A stretch of 64,000 nt of DNA, from assembly GCF_009914755.1 (NCBI RefSeq), contig NC_060927.1; one strand, 5' to 3'. The notes under the pieces were generated by a model that was given only the letters and a program-made list of their open reading frames with translations, was not told where the DNA came from and did not search any database. This document shows positions 46,521 through 59,060 of this stretch, in pieces. Position 1 is the stretch's first letter; the number at the start of each line of letters is the position of its first letter. Both the position numbers and the translations under genes were made by a program. The DNA is from the human T2T-CHM13v2.0 reference genome, Homo sapiens.

Positions 46521-49500
46521 AACACAGTTCTCTTCCTGAAAGGTATTCTGTCATGTGTTTTGAAGTAACATGTTTTCTTTCTACAATATACTGGAATCAA
46601 ATGAGGTAATGTATGTAAGCCATCTAGTTTGTCAAATCAAATTTGCTCAGTTAATGTTAGTTCTTTGTAAAGTGAGACAACAACAACAACAATCACAAAA
46701 GAAACAAAACATAGACTATTGTAGCCACTTGATTCTAATAATTTAACCAATTGTCTTCAGAACAAAGCAGAAAATAAACAAATAAATACATACCTCAATA
46801 GCTCTACAAACCTTTGGGGTGGGGGTGCAAAGAAGAAGAAGACACAGCCTCTAGTCTAGAGGGCAGAACTGCCAGGCCAGCCCCCTAATGGCAGCGGGAC
46901 ACTTACTGGATGCTCGGCCCTGAAAGCTAGCTCTGCCTGCATGTTCTCATGTACTGCTGAGAACAACCTCATGGAGCAGGTTGTTTTTCCTTTCAGATTA
47001 AGAATCTGAATGCAAAAGGGTCAGTCACTTGTTCCTCCTCCTCTCCCATAGGCCCTGTAGAGATCATTTTGATTGAGTTTTTCCAAATGCTCATCCACTC
47101 CTGTGCCTGCAGTCAGTGTGCAGGCTGGAGCTAGGCTGGTTTGAGGAGCTGCCTTGGCCACTGCCAGATGAATGGGTATGCAAGCAGAGTCTTTTTGGAC
47201 AGGAAAGGGCAGTGGACAAACCAGCCTTTTGAGGTTGCTGGGGGCCTGAATGAACCAGTCGTTTGAGTGCATCCCTGGGCTCTGCCGTGCAAGCAGAGCC
47301 ATTTATTACCTAGTGAACCTGGTCTATATCTAGGACTACCCCATTGTCAAGGTAGCTTTGGACTTGGAGATGAAGTTCCCTGTGGAAAGCAGGCTGACCT
47401 GCCTACCTGCCATGAGCTTCCAGATCCCAACCCCAGCCTCTGGGGCTTCCTTGTCTCCCAGCCCTGGTCGCTGTGCTGCCATCATCAGACTAACCTTCAC
47501 TTCTTCCTTCAGACTGTGGGCTCCTTGGGGCACAGGCCAAGTTGTCGTCATCTTAGCATGGGGCCTGGAACTGGCCAGGTCATGTTTTTCCCGTGGATTG
47601 AATGATACTGAGCTCTGGCCTGTGTCCTGAAGATGCTTTATATTCCCAGTCTGGCCTCAGACTTGTTGAGGTTTCAACAGCCCCTCAGACATTCAGCAGC
47701 CCTGCCCTGACCCCTCTGGCCTCTTTGGTCCTAGAGTCAGCACTATCTGGCCCTCTGTTTCTCTAAGCCCAGGCCTTTCACAGGTTCTGCTTCTTCAGCC
47801 TGTGTGTAGCTGTCAAGGCTTCTCTGACCTCAACTGGCCCCATAGCCTTCTCCACTCTAACTTACTTGCTTTTCAAACCCCAATTCTCTAAGCCAGACTC
47901 TTCTTGGACCCTTAATTTTTTTACTAGCCACTTTTGGGCCAGTGTATACCCTGGTCCAATCAGCTGGGACTGGGCTGGTGAGGCCATGTGGCAGCCCAGG
48001 CAGCAGAGGATCTGTGCTGGCCAAGTCCCACAGAAGGGCATGGAGTGGGCAGGCTCAGTGATCTGCACCTCTAACCCACTGACAGCCCTCTGCACATGGA
48101 CGTGGGACTGGGCTCCTTCACCAGCCTAGACTCTGTGGGAGTGGTACCCACATCTCATTTACATCTGGATCTTCAGTGCTTAGCACAGGGTCTGGAGCAC
48201 AGCACATGAGTAGCCTGAAAACCATGGCAGTGATATAGATTGCTGCATGGTGGGCTGCAGATCCTCCAGCCAGCTCCTCGAAGACCCAGATTGCTGCCTG
48301 AAGCAGAAATGCCTGCTTTGACTGCGCCCACCTGACTGTAGGCCGTCAGGGGCCCAGCTCTGATCTGCGCAGCTTAGGCCTGGGCACTTTCTATAAGTGT
48401 CAAAGTGGCAGCTGTTGCTCAGGAAGGTCTCATTGCTTGAATATTTCAAAGCACTCAGAGCGTCTCCCAATTCCTCCCCTGCCTGTGACTGCACGTGCAG
48501 CACAGAGAGGGTAGACAAAAGACCTTCTGCCCATGGCCCCAGCTCACTTTAACAGGCAGCTTCTCTCACAGATCCTCCCCCTAGCCCCCTGGGAGTGCTA
48601 CCCAGGGGCCACCTGCAGAGAGGGGAGGGGAATGCATCTGTGCTCCTAGAAGACAGTGTTTTTCCTGTCCCCTGGTCACCATCACACCAGCAGGGAGACC
48701 TTTTCAAGCACCTGCAGCTGCTCCTGGGTGGTGGTTACCTGACAGAGTCCCTCTGAGGTGGACCTGGGAAAACTGGAGATGTCATGGAAAGGCCTTTGGT
48801 ACTGTACCTTCCTGATTCTTAGGATCTGCAGCTGGTGGTCCTCTGAGGGACTGAGGGTTAATTGCCATCCCCTCCAAGGAGATTTGGATGGAGAGGAATG
48901 GGATGGTGTAATGGAAAGGGTCAGAACAACCAACAACCAAGATTTGAACTGGGGCCCTGGGCAACTAGAGCACACCCCTCTCAGAGCCTCAGTTTCCTCC
49001 CCAAGATTATCTTGAGGACACAGAAGTGTTTTAAGTTTTGTAAGCCTGTGTCCTAAGGTGGAGTGGGGGTGGAGCACCCTGCACTCCTACAGTTCAGAGG
49101 TCAGTAAATTAGTCTGGGAAAAGGGGAGTGGGGCTCTCCTCTTGGGACAAGGGAGGGGCCCTCTCTGAGTCCCTTTAGTTAAACTGTGAACTCCCCTCAG
49201 AGCAGGTATGATCCGTTATGAGAGCCTGGTTGGAAGACCCAGGAGTGGCAGGACCCAGGATGGATCAGAGTGAGCTGTGGGGGCACACGCTGTGGGACTG
49301 GCCCCTGCTGGGTGAAAGACCCTCAGAGCTCTGGGTAGAACTGCAAGCAAAAGGGTATCCCAGTGATGTAAATCAGACCAGTGTGCAAAAGTAGATATCA
49401 TCAACGTGCATATTGAGCAACTACTGTGTGCATCTGGGGAGAATGTTGGTACACTGACAGGCTGTAAGCACATGTGAAAAGCTATGAACTGTATCAGATA

Positions 49501-50659
49501 GTTGGCGGGTGTGGGGATGTGCAGGAGGATTCCAAGGGGAGGGGTGGTATGTGGGTGGAAGGGGCCATAGCTTAGTGGTGCTCTGCAGAAGCTGATTTCG
49601 GTGGGGGAATCATGGAGGGGCAGAAAGAGTGTGCAAGGTCAGGAGGGTGCTTGCTGTGACCCAGGAACCAGATGTGGGGAGTTGGGTCAGGCCAGCAGCA
49701 GTGGGAAAGAGAAGGTGCGAGGAAGGAAAGGAATTTGAGAGGAGCAGGAAACCAGTCATGGTTGCCTGAGCAGAGGGAGCAAGGGTGAGGACCAAAAGGA
49801 AATTCCCACATGTTATGTCAGGTGCAGGGAGAGAGGTAGAGCTGACAGGACTAGGTATGCTGGCCCCCAAGTGAGAGGTGGGATTGGAGTTGCTGGGAGA
49901 GCTTGCTTATGGGCCAGAGGATGTCTGGCTCATCTCAGTACTGCTCATGGGGCGGAATGAATGCGAAGTCCCCCCAGATGGGGACACCATGTGGCAGAGT
50001 GGGACCACTCTGGCTTTGATGCAGTCTCGCCATACCTCTCTCAGCTGTGTGACTTCAGGAGCAATCCTTAACCTTTCTGAGCCTATATCAGCTATACCAT
50101 CTCCCTCCACCTGACCTTGAGATGGCAATTACAGTGGCTGTAGTCCAGTTTATCAATAGAAAGGAGCCATGGCTGGACAGACGTGGGGACATGGGGCAGT
50201 CCCATTTCACAGGCTGGAAAACAGAGGCCCTAAAACAACACAGCTCCCTTACACAGCTGGCCTTTGGGGCTGCTTGGTCCTAGCTCTGGATCCTCCACAA
50301 GGATCCTCACACTGTGGTGCTGGAAGTGCCTGGTGGCCTTGTGGTGGCCGCTCCCACCTCCCTATCAGCTGTTAACCTACAAATGCCCTAGTAAGGAAAA
50401 TATTTTCATTCTTTTATAACACCATTCTCAGGACTGCTTAATCATATTTTTCTTTGTCTTTGAAAACAAGCTCCTGTGTGGTTTTCTATTTTCTTGCTGC
50501 TCTTCTAAGGATATTCTAGAACTGAACCTTGCTGTCTGGCACTTCATGCCTTTTTAATTGCGTCACCATCCTCTGGCTACTTTAGATGGGGTTAGGGTGG
50601 GCAGGCGCTAAGCCCCTCCAAGTGCCTCACACCACACTTGACCTCACTTCTATTCTGGG

Positions 50660-50770
50660 ACAAAGGTGTCACCTCATTTTGCAGAAGAAACTGATGTTCA
50701 GAGAGGTTAAGTATCCTGCTCAAGGTCACACAGCCTTTTTGATGAGAATTCAAGCCATTTTGATCTCCAA
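50660..50770 (-). mobile_element. MIR
   Basis: ctcattttgcagaagaaactgatgttcagagaggttaagtatcctgctcaaggtcacacagc. Confidence 0.7.
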
Positions 50771-51299
50771 GCCAGGGATAAGTCTGTTAATAAACCCACT
50801 CTGCCCTGATCTCTGGCACCAGCCTGCTGTGGTGACCTCAAGCAAGTCCGTTAAAGTCTCTCTGCCCCACGTTCTCTGGGTGTGACAGCCTATTGTGAAA
50901 ACAGGAGAATGAGGATAAGAGTGACTGTCAACTGGCTATGTGAGCCATTGGTCAGTTTTCTGAAGGGTCTGCTATATGCCCGCTGATGCTGTGGTCTCCC
51001 CAACCAGATTATTAGCATCCTCACACCCCTTGTATGACTTGACCCACAGAGGGGCTCATCAAAGATGTGCTTGTGTTGGATTCTTTTTGTTATTGTTATT
51101 GGATCTTGATATTATATGCTGAAGCCAAGTTGTGACTGATGGAAGAATCTGTAGAGGTGTTTGCTGAAAGCTAAGGGACTGCATGGGTGGGTGGGTGGGA
51201 AGGGGAGTTTCTTCACAGAAAGGAAGAAGAGGAACACGTTGCTGTGTGCTCGTGGCACGTGGCCTGTTGGGTCCTTTCGCAGTCCTTTGAAGCAGTTGC

Positions 51300-51400
51300 T
51301 TTTACTGTCCCCTGTTTTACAGAAGAGGAAACAGCCAAGGTGACTTAAGGGCAGAGCGCCAGCAGGTATGGAGCCTGAATTTAAATGCAGGTCTGCATAC
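51300..51400 (-). mobile_element. MIR
   Basis: cctgttttacagaagaggaaacag...ggagcctgaatttaaatgcaggtctg. Confidence 0.55.
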
Positions 51401-52085
51401 TGCAAGCACCTGGGTTCTCTCCACCCCTCCTCTGGACTCCCATTTGTTCTCTGTCAGTGACTGAGAAAGGGTGGGTGGGACTAGGAACTCAGCTTCCGGT
51501 CCATGACCACATCCATGGAATATGGGAGGAAGAGATCAAATCACAAATCTTGGGAGTGAGGGAGAGACACATCCTTGGGGCTACTCAAGCCCCCCATATC
51601 CTTTGCATACCTTCTTTATCCCTTTTCTACCCAGTGGATTTGGAGGGAGTGGGCTTGGGATACCATCAGACAACGAGAAACACGATTTGCAGGACTGTGT
51701 GGAGGTATCCAGGCCTGAGGGCCCTGCTCCAGAGCTCCCCTCCTCACTCTGTGGCTGGAACAAAATCTCTTCCTTGTGTGGCCTTGGCTTCCCTAGCAGG
51801 GATCCCAAAACATGGGATCTGGCCATGCTGCTCAGTCCTTGGGTTGATTTCTTTGAGCTCCAGCTTCTCTGAGCATCCCCTCTGCTGTCCCCACATCCTG
51901 ATAGCCCCTCTGGGAGCTGGGGCCTGGCCTTTCTGCCCATTCTCAACAAACACTCTTGTCTGGAGACAGGCAGGACAATGGAGAGCTACCTTGTCCTGCT
52001 GCTGCCCCTGCCACCACAGCTGCTTATGTGTGACCGATGGGGTTGAGAGGGGCAAGAGTTCTGTGGAGAGAGTGGAGGGAAAGAG

Positions 52086-52111
52086 TTTTTTTTTTTTTTT
52101 TTTTTTTTTTT
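52086..52111 (+). repeat. Poly(T) tract (~26 nt)
   Basis: Direct read. Confidence 0.9.
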
Positions 52112-53184
52112 GCTATGCACAGTTCCTCCCAGCAACCTTCCCTCTCTGACCAATGGGGCCTCTAGGCTCTGCCCTTCACGTTGGGGTCTTCCCCCACCTC
52201 CGGCCCTTTGGTTTTGATATGGCTAGTGACCAGCACTGACCACCATCCCAAGCTGGGAAGAGCAATTGGTGAAGAGTGTGTGTACTATTTACTTTCTTCA
52301 CCCTTGCCCCTTTATTCTCAAGGTCTTTTGATTGTGAAGCAAGGCCCGAGGCCTTGACTGGTGAGATTAGCCCGGGAGGTGGTGGCTCCCTCCTGCTCTC
52401 TGTGGTGAAAGCCAAGCACACTTTCCTAAAACCAGCGTCGGAAGCTGTGCTGTAGCCTGTAATTACTGACATGAAGGTCCCCACACAGAGTCTGGATGGA
52501 GGCTGCCCTGGAAGCAGCCCCGGGCTGGGAAAGGGCTGAGTGTCAACAGGCCTGTGTTTGAATCCAAGTCACCTGTGTTCTCTGACAGGTCACTCAGTTC
52601 CTCCGGCCACAGCTGCCCCTCTGTGAGATGACATAACACTGCTTACCTCTTGGTGTGGCTATGAGGATTGATTGGGCTGATGTGTAGAAAATATGTAATG
52701 CAGGGCTTGTCCTGGAGGTGATGTTAGGTAATGGTGAGGTGGATCTTCCCTGTGTGGTCCCTCCCTTCGTGTGCCCCTGCCCAGCCTCTTGGCACCTCCT
52801 GTTTACTCCCCGAGCCCCCAGATTCTCACCTTTGCCCAGAGCCACATTCGGGCTTGTCTTCCTCTTCCATGTCCCCGCATGCAGAATCCTCTCTTTCTTC
52901 TGCCAGGGTTCTTCCTCTCCAAGCCCTCCTCTGAACCAGCTATCCCTCTGGAATGCAGCTGACCAAACAAATTCCCACTAATGTAACTGGTAGTATCTTA
53001 GAGGTGAACTCTCCTGTGGGCATTTTATTTGTATCTTAGAAGAATTTTTGTTTTAAATCTTATTTTTCCCAACTGGCATATAGTAGGGTGCTCAATAAAG
53101 GTGGGTTGCCTGAATAAGTGAAAGAACCTAAGGAACAATGTCTAATGGTGGAATTTCAGTCATGTCTTCATGCTTTCAGCCTCT

Positions 53185-53470
53185 CTGCAAACATTTATTT
53201 TGTGTGCTAGATACTGGAGATATGTTGCTGGATAAAACAGCCACAGTCCTTGCCCTTTGGAACTTCCAGTATAGTGGGGACAATCAGTTAATAAGCAAAC
53301 AAACACATTTCTATTTATAAATGGTGATAAAATTCCTTGGCTAAAAGAATATTGCAGAGTCTATGATACTGTATAACAGGGGCTTCTAATTAAATTTAGG
53401 GGATCCTGATGCCACTTAGCAGTGGGATTTCAGAGGACCTTTCAGAGGAGCTAAGGTAAGATGAGATGGA
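53185..53470 (-). mobile_element. L2 fragment
   Basis: aaacatttattttgtgtgctagatactggagat...cagtccttgccctttggaacttccagtatagtggggac. Confidence 0.65.
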
Positions 53471-56400
53471 GGCAGAGTGGGGCAGGAAAGATGGCTTAGG
53501 GGCCTCTTTGGGCTTTGTGACACTCCCTCTCAGGCCAAGACCTCCAGCCTGTGCCCCGGGCTCTGCCCACATGGTGCCCCTGCCCTGGGAGCCCTCACAG
53601 TTTACTATGGGGTCCAGCACTGCAAGCTGCAGGGGCTAATGCCTAAACTCCTGGTGCAGTGGCATGCCCCACTGCAGGCCTCCCCGAGTCTCCAGGCTGC
53701 ACATTTCACCCTGGCCTGCCTATGACCTGCCCAGCAGATGTCCATGGTGCTCCAGAGGAAGAATGGGTCGTCCTCCACCCACCCAGCGTCTTTTTAAGCA
53801 CTTGTCATGTCCGGCTTTGATTGCTGTCCTAGATAGCCAGCTTCTAACCAGAGATCAAACCTCTTCGTTCATGCCAACGTGAACAGACATTAGACAACAG
53901 ACCATTACTTGAAAATACATCTCTTCTCATCTTAGCATTTAGCCAGGGATCACTGGCAGAGTCTTTAAGGCTGTCTCTCCCGGCCCTGAGGGTCAGGCTG
54001 CTTGCCACCTCTGCAGCACTGTTCCTCTGCCCTTTAGGCTCTTTCTTCTCCTGCTCATCTGTCAGCCTGTGGCCATGTGACAGTCCATAGGAGATTTTCT
54101 AGCATTTTTCCTGTTCTTGTCTGTGCTGCCTGTAGGCTCCTCTTTATGGAAGCACCACCCAGATTGCTTCCCATCTTCCTCCCTCAAGCCTTTGCTAGTC
54201 ATCACATCTAAGTGGGTAGGACCTGAGCTTTGAAGCCTGGGTTCTAATTAGAACTGGGTTCTAATCCTGTGTTGAGCACTCGCTAGCCTTGCAAGTGGTA
54301 AAACAGGGTAACCACATAATTTAGCATCTCAAGTAGAATCCTTTTGAGAGTGAATTTGACAGAGATAACAGGTATAAGCCAGTGCTGTCCTGGGCAGTGG
54401 GAATCTGCTCATCCTTCATTATGTACACAAAGGAGCAACAGCTTCCCCAGATAGGTTTTTTTGGGGGCAGGAGCTGGTTTGGTCTCATCTGGCTCATGGT
54501 TCCTTCCTAGTGTCCTGTGCTGGTCACTGGGGGCTATGAGCTGAGTGGGACTGGGCCCTTGCGCTCTTGTCCTTCGCTCCATGCAGTGGGGTCTGGCAGC
54601 GCCTGCCTAGGGCAGAGCAAGGTGGAGGAGGTGGGCTGAGAACCCAGCATGTGCGGCAGCCCCAGATGAGCTCCCAGGTGCCCCTTTCTGCTGATAGAGA
54701 AGGAGGTAGGAGGGACTGAGTGGAGGGGTGTGAGCTGGGTTAACAGATATGCCGCTTGAGTCTGGTTAAGGGAGACTGGTGCTGTAGCAAGAGACTGAGG
54801 CCCGGCAGATCCCAGAAGCTGGGGGGCTGCTGTGCCTGCCATGGGCCACTTCAGACCTTTGGCCTTTTCCTCTTGTAGGGGTCAGGTGAAAGCCAGACCA
54901 GCACTTTTTCCTGACATTAGGGGTCTGAACTGCTCCATCCCCCGCCTTCTAATGCAGTGGGGCTCCCTGGGTTTCCATCCTGGGCAGTGATATTCCCAAG
55001 GCCGAGGGCAGGCAGGGGGCTGGGCCCCAGTCTGGTTTCAACCTGCTCAGCATCTGGGGGCTGTGCCCAAGGCCCAGGGCTCACTCTGACCCCTACGTCT
55101 GGAAGCAGGGCAGAGCGAACCTGATCTCAGGGAGTTATCAATGGGAGAAGCAGCCACCCGAGATTGTGGGGGAGAGGGCAGTGGGACTAGCCGGCTTCTC
55201 CCAAGTCTTCAGTCGCTGTGAAAGCCTTCAGCCTGGGCCAGGAGGGGAGGTTCAGCACTCCTCCAGCAGCCCAGCCTGCTCTCTCTGCCAGGTGGCATTT
55301 AGATCTGAAGATAACCCTCAAGGGACTCTCAGTGATGGAGACACACCAGGGAGTGAAGTTGGGAGGATGAAATTTTACTTATTCCTGCTCCTCTCCAAGG
55401 GCAAGCCTTGTCCCACAGTGGCTGTTGCTGAACACACTGTGTCATCCCCATCTCCATGTCTTAGCAGTGGCCGGATACCATTTGCCTTAAATACGTTCCC
55501 TTTTCTGCCCATCAGTCAAGGCCCAACTCTAGGCCTGTCTTTCTGGGAGCTCTTTATGCCTTTCCCAGCCCAAAGCCTTTTTCTGCTTGGAATTCCTCCT
55601 GGAATGTGTGTCCAAATGATACAGCATTCGGGCCCATGGCTTGTGCACATCCCTTGCCATTCCATGAGGGTGTAGTTTCCATAGCCCCACAGGAGCCTCC
55701 CACAGCACCAAGATCCATACCCACAGCAGTGAGCAGGGACCAGACCCAGTGCTGACTGTGGCATATGGGAAGCCCCAGGATTAGAGGGGTCATGGGCAGA
55801 GCTGTGGGCTGGGCACATCCTCAAATGGGACCTCTCAGAGGTGCCTGTGCAACCTCAGGCCCCGTGCTTGGAGGGGCCAGATTGTTTTTATTCTGTTCAG
55901 CATTTGTCACTTGACCAGTTGGCTTATGGGGTTGGTAGCAAACACAGCCCCATCCTACCCAGTGCACTGAGGAATGAACCCACCCTGTCCCAGTTCTCCA
56001 GAGGGGCCATTTGTCCTCCTGGACCTGTGCTTGCAGTGCCTCTATTGTGGTATCAGTGGCATCAAGTTGGCCAGCTGCTCTGCCCTTGAGAAAAGGGTCA
56101 GATCACAGGGGTGAAGAGCAACCTTGGAGAGTGATGCTCTGGCTTTAGAGTTCAGGGTTTCTTGGTATAATTAAAGGAAATTAGTTTGCTCTGTATGGGT
56201 CAAATATAGGCATATTCTCATGATTGTCATGTTTCTTTCTCCCAGCATTTATCAGCTGCCGCTTATTCATTGCCTTGATTTTCTTCAAAAGACAACTATA
56301 ATCATTCAAAAATTCCAAGTTGGGTCCAAAATGTCAAAGGTAGGTATTGGACTCTGCCATGTGCCAGGTCATATGCCTGAGTCTGTGTCCTTCAACAGGC

Positions 56401-57959
56401 TGTCCTTATGATGTTCAGCAGGGCTACAGCCAGGATGCAAATGAGCTCCCGGAGCTCCTCATCTAAGAGTGTGAGGAGTGCTAGGTGGAGGAGCTGCTCT
56501 TAGCGGGGCAGCCCAAGCATTTCTTAGCATAAGCACTTCTGGGCCACCTGGAGCTTAGACCATCTGTGTCCTGGTCTCTAGCCCCTCTCTTGCCACGGAA
56601 ATGGTCTCCTGTACAGAGTGCTTCAAGTGTGAGGCAAGCAAGGAACCCTAGCCTGATCCATTCGGAGCACGACCTGCTCTCCAGGCCTCACTTTATATGA
56701 CAGATGGTGGTGATGGACATGTTCATTTGAAAGGCCAGGGGGCATGGTGATTTTATTCTGCCTATATCTGCCATTATTTCTCCTGGGAATACCCCCAGAG
56801 TATGCCTACTTTCAATGCTAACACACCGCAGACTGATTAGAGGAATATTGTTGACTGCTTTTGGAAAAGAGGAAGAAAAGCACATTCCAGAGGATACATA
56901 CCTCTCTTGATATCAAAGTTTTTCCTGTGAAGGTTACCTTGGTTAGATTTTGGTTGGAGAGTTGAAGACATTTCAGTCTACAATGTTGTAAAAGGCTTTA
57001 AAAAATCCTCTTGTGGTATGTTTCCAATTTAACACTGAAAAAATATTTCTATTGTGCCATATATAGTGTAACTTAAAACCTAATAAAAGCTCCAAATTAG
57101 GGTTGAGCAGAATGGTTTGAATTAAGTTCAGGTAGAGGCAAGGACACTGTATCTGTAGGCTGGGGCTGCTGGCTCTCAGGCCAAAAGGCAGGTTCACACT
57201 GGGAGACTGGATCTGCCAAGTCTAGAGAGGAATTGTCTCTTCTGCCAGATTCTGATGCTCTTGGCCCTTGGCCCACAGGACTTTGATGCTGTTGGCACCT
57301 GCCCCCGGCGCAGGAAGGGCCTGGCTGTTGCTGTTCATGTCATCTTGGTTGCTTTGCAGGTTTCTCACTGGGGCCGACTTTATTAGATTTGCTGGTTACG
57401 TTTTCACTTTCAGGAGGTGTCTTTCAGCTTTTGCCTAGCCACGAAGCTTCCTTTTGAGAAGCTGCTTGTGTTCTGGGCCCCCACCCATGCAGCGAATGAA
57501 TGAGCGTTGAAGTTGAGTTTGGACGTGGTTGCTTCAGTATCCAGCGGTCCTTCCCTAGCAACACAGGCCATTTAGGAGCACCACCTAAGGCTTCTTCCCC
57601 TTCCTACAGGTATGAAGAATGGGCAGGGTTTCATTTCCTCTGCAAGCAGGCAGCGTGGCTGGACACTGTATTCTGGAGCCTGGGGTGTCATCATCCTCAG
57701 GCTGCAGAATCAGCAACACTGTTCCATCTCCTCCTGTTCAGCCACAGCAGCCTCCTGGCTTCCAGGGCCTCCTTGTCCCTTGGCTTCCTTACAGAAGCCC
57801 TCTGTGTACAGCTAGTCTCCCAGACCCCTGGGAAAAGTCTCCTTTGCTGAGGAGGGATTAGTAATGCTCTTCCTCCTCTTAAAGTCCTCTGCCATGATCA
57901 GTGATAGTATTTCTGCTCTGTTACACTGGCTGGAAACATTTGAACCTGAAAGCATTAAG

Positions 57960-58263
57960 TTCTTTTTTTCCTTTTTTTTTTTTTGAGATAGGATCTCACT
58001 CTGTCACCCAGGCTGGAGTGCAGTGGCACGATCTCAACTCACTGCAACCTCCACTTCCTGGGCTCAAGTGATTCTCCCACCTCACCCTCCTAAGTAGCTG
58101 GAAATACAGGTGTGCATCACCATGCCCAGCTTGAATTTTTTTTGTAGACATGAGGTTTTGCCATGTTGCCCAGGCTGGTCTCAAGCTCCTGAGCTCAAAG
58201 TGATCCTCCTGCCTTGGCCTTCCAAAGTGCTGGGATTACAGGTGTGAGCCACTGCGCCCAGCC
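57960..58263 (-). mobile_element. AluJ (Jb-like)
   Basis: Full antisense dimer. TSD tgaaagcattaag at 57947-57959 and 58264-58276. Confidence 0.95.
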
Positions 58264-58571
58264 TGAAAGCATTAAGCTCTGACAGATCTTCCCATAGTCT
58301 CTAAAAGGCAAGGAGGGGTTCTCCTGCTTGGGATCCTATGTTGTATTTAATTATTTAAAAGGATGTGGTCTTACCCCACCCATGTAAGAGGGATGGGGCA
58401 GAGTTCCCAGTGTTGAGGGAGAGGGACTGTCTGGGTTTTCCATCCCCTGTAGGGTTGAGAACTATCCTGGCCTCTAGCAAATAGCCTTCCTGACCATCTT
58501 AGAGCTGTGAACCTCCTTGGTGCTGCTGGGATTTTTCAGGCATCACAGCCAGAGACCTTCTGGAAAAGGCT

Positions 58572-58690
58572 GTTTAATCTTCACAGCAACCTAGTCACAA
58601 AGACATTCTCCCATTTCACAGAAGAGTAAACTGAGGTTCGGATGTAGGAAACTACAAAACTGGGGAATAGCTGAGCTAGAATCTGGCTAG
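58572..58690 (-). mobile_element. MIR
   Basis: tttaatcttcacagcaacctag...cccatttcacagaagagtaaactgaggttc. Confidence 0.65.
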
Positions 58691-59046
58691 AGTCCTCCCC
58701 ATGTTTCCTGGAAATGTGTGACTGAGTCAGAGACCATATGCTGGGGTAGAAGGGGCTGTAGCAGGACCCCAGGGGGCCAGAATTTCACAGGGCTGAAGGC
58801 AGAGAGCAGGGATTTGGGGATGTGTTGTAGATAGAGGGATGGTGGTGGTTGGGCCAGTTAGCCTTGTGTACAGGTGCGAATTGAGGGGGGCAGTGAGACA
58901 TCCCAAGGTAGACAGAGTCTCCCGTTATTGCTTATTTTGTATTTTTCTTCACAAGAAGCAGCCACAACTTTCACATCTCTGGATCTTAAGACCATCTCCC
59001 TGGGGCTCGCGGAGGAAACCTGTGAGGGCAGGACAGACCCCGGCTC

Positions 59047-59060
59047 CCACTAGATGGCAC
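59047..59060 (+). promoter_or_regulatory. Consensus CTCF core motif
   Basis: CCACTAGATGGCAC matches CCASYAGRKGGCRS at every position and sits in unique sequence with a locally raised CpG count. Confidence 0.6.

Noticed and set aside
51385-52149. 254-aa ORF
   Set aside because: It begins in a MIR, runs through a poly(T) tract (poly-Phe) and shows no recognisable homology. Only the internal candidate exon was retained as a finding.
57590-57620. Possible acceptor cttccccttcctacag|gtatgaag
   Set aside because: No matching donor or coding signal could be tied to it, and such motifs occur often by chance.
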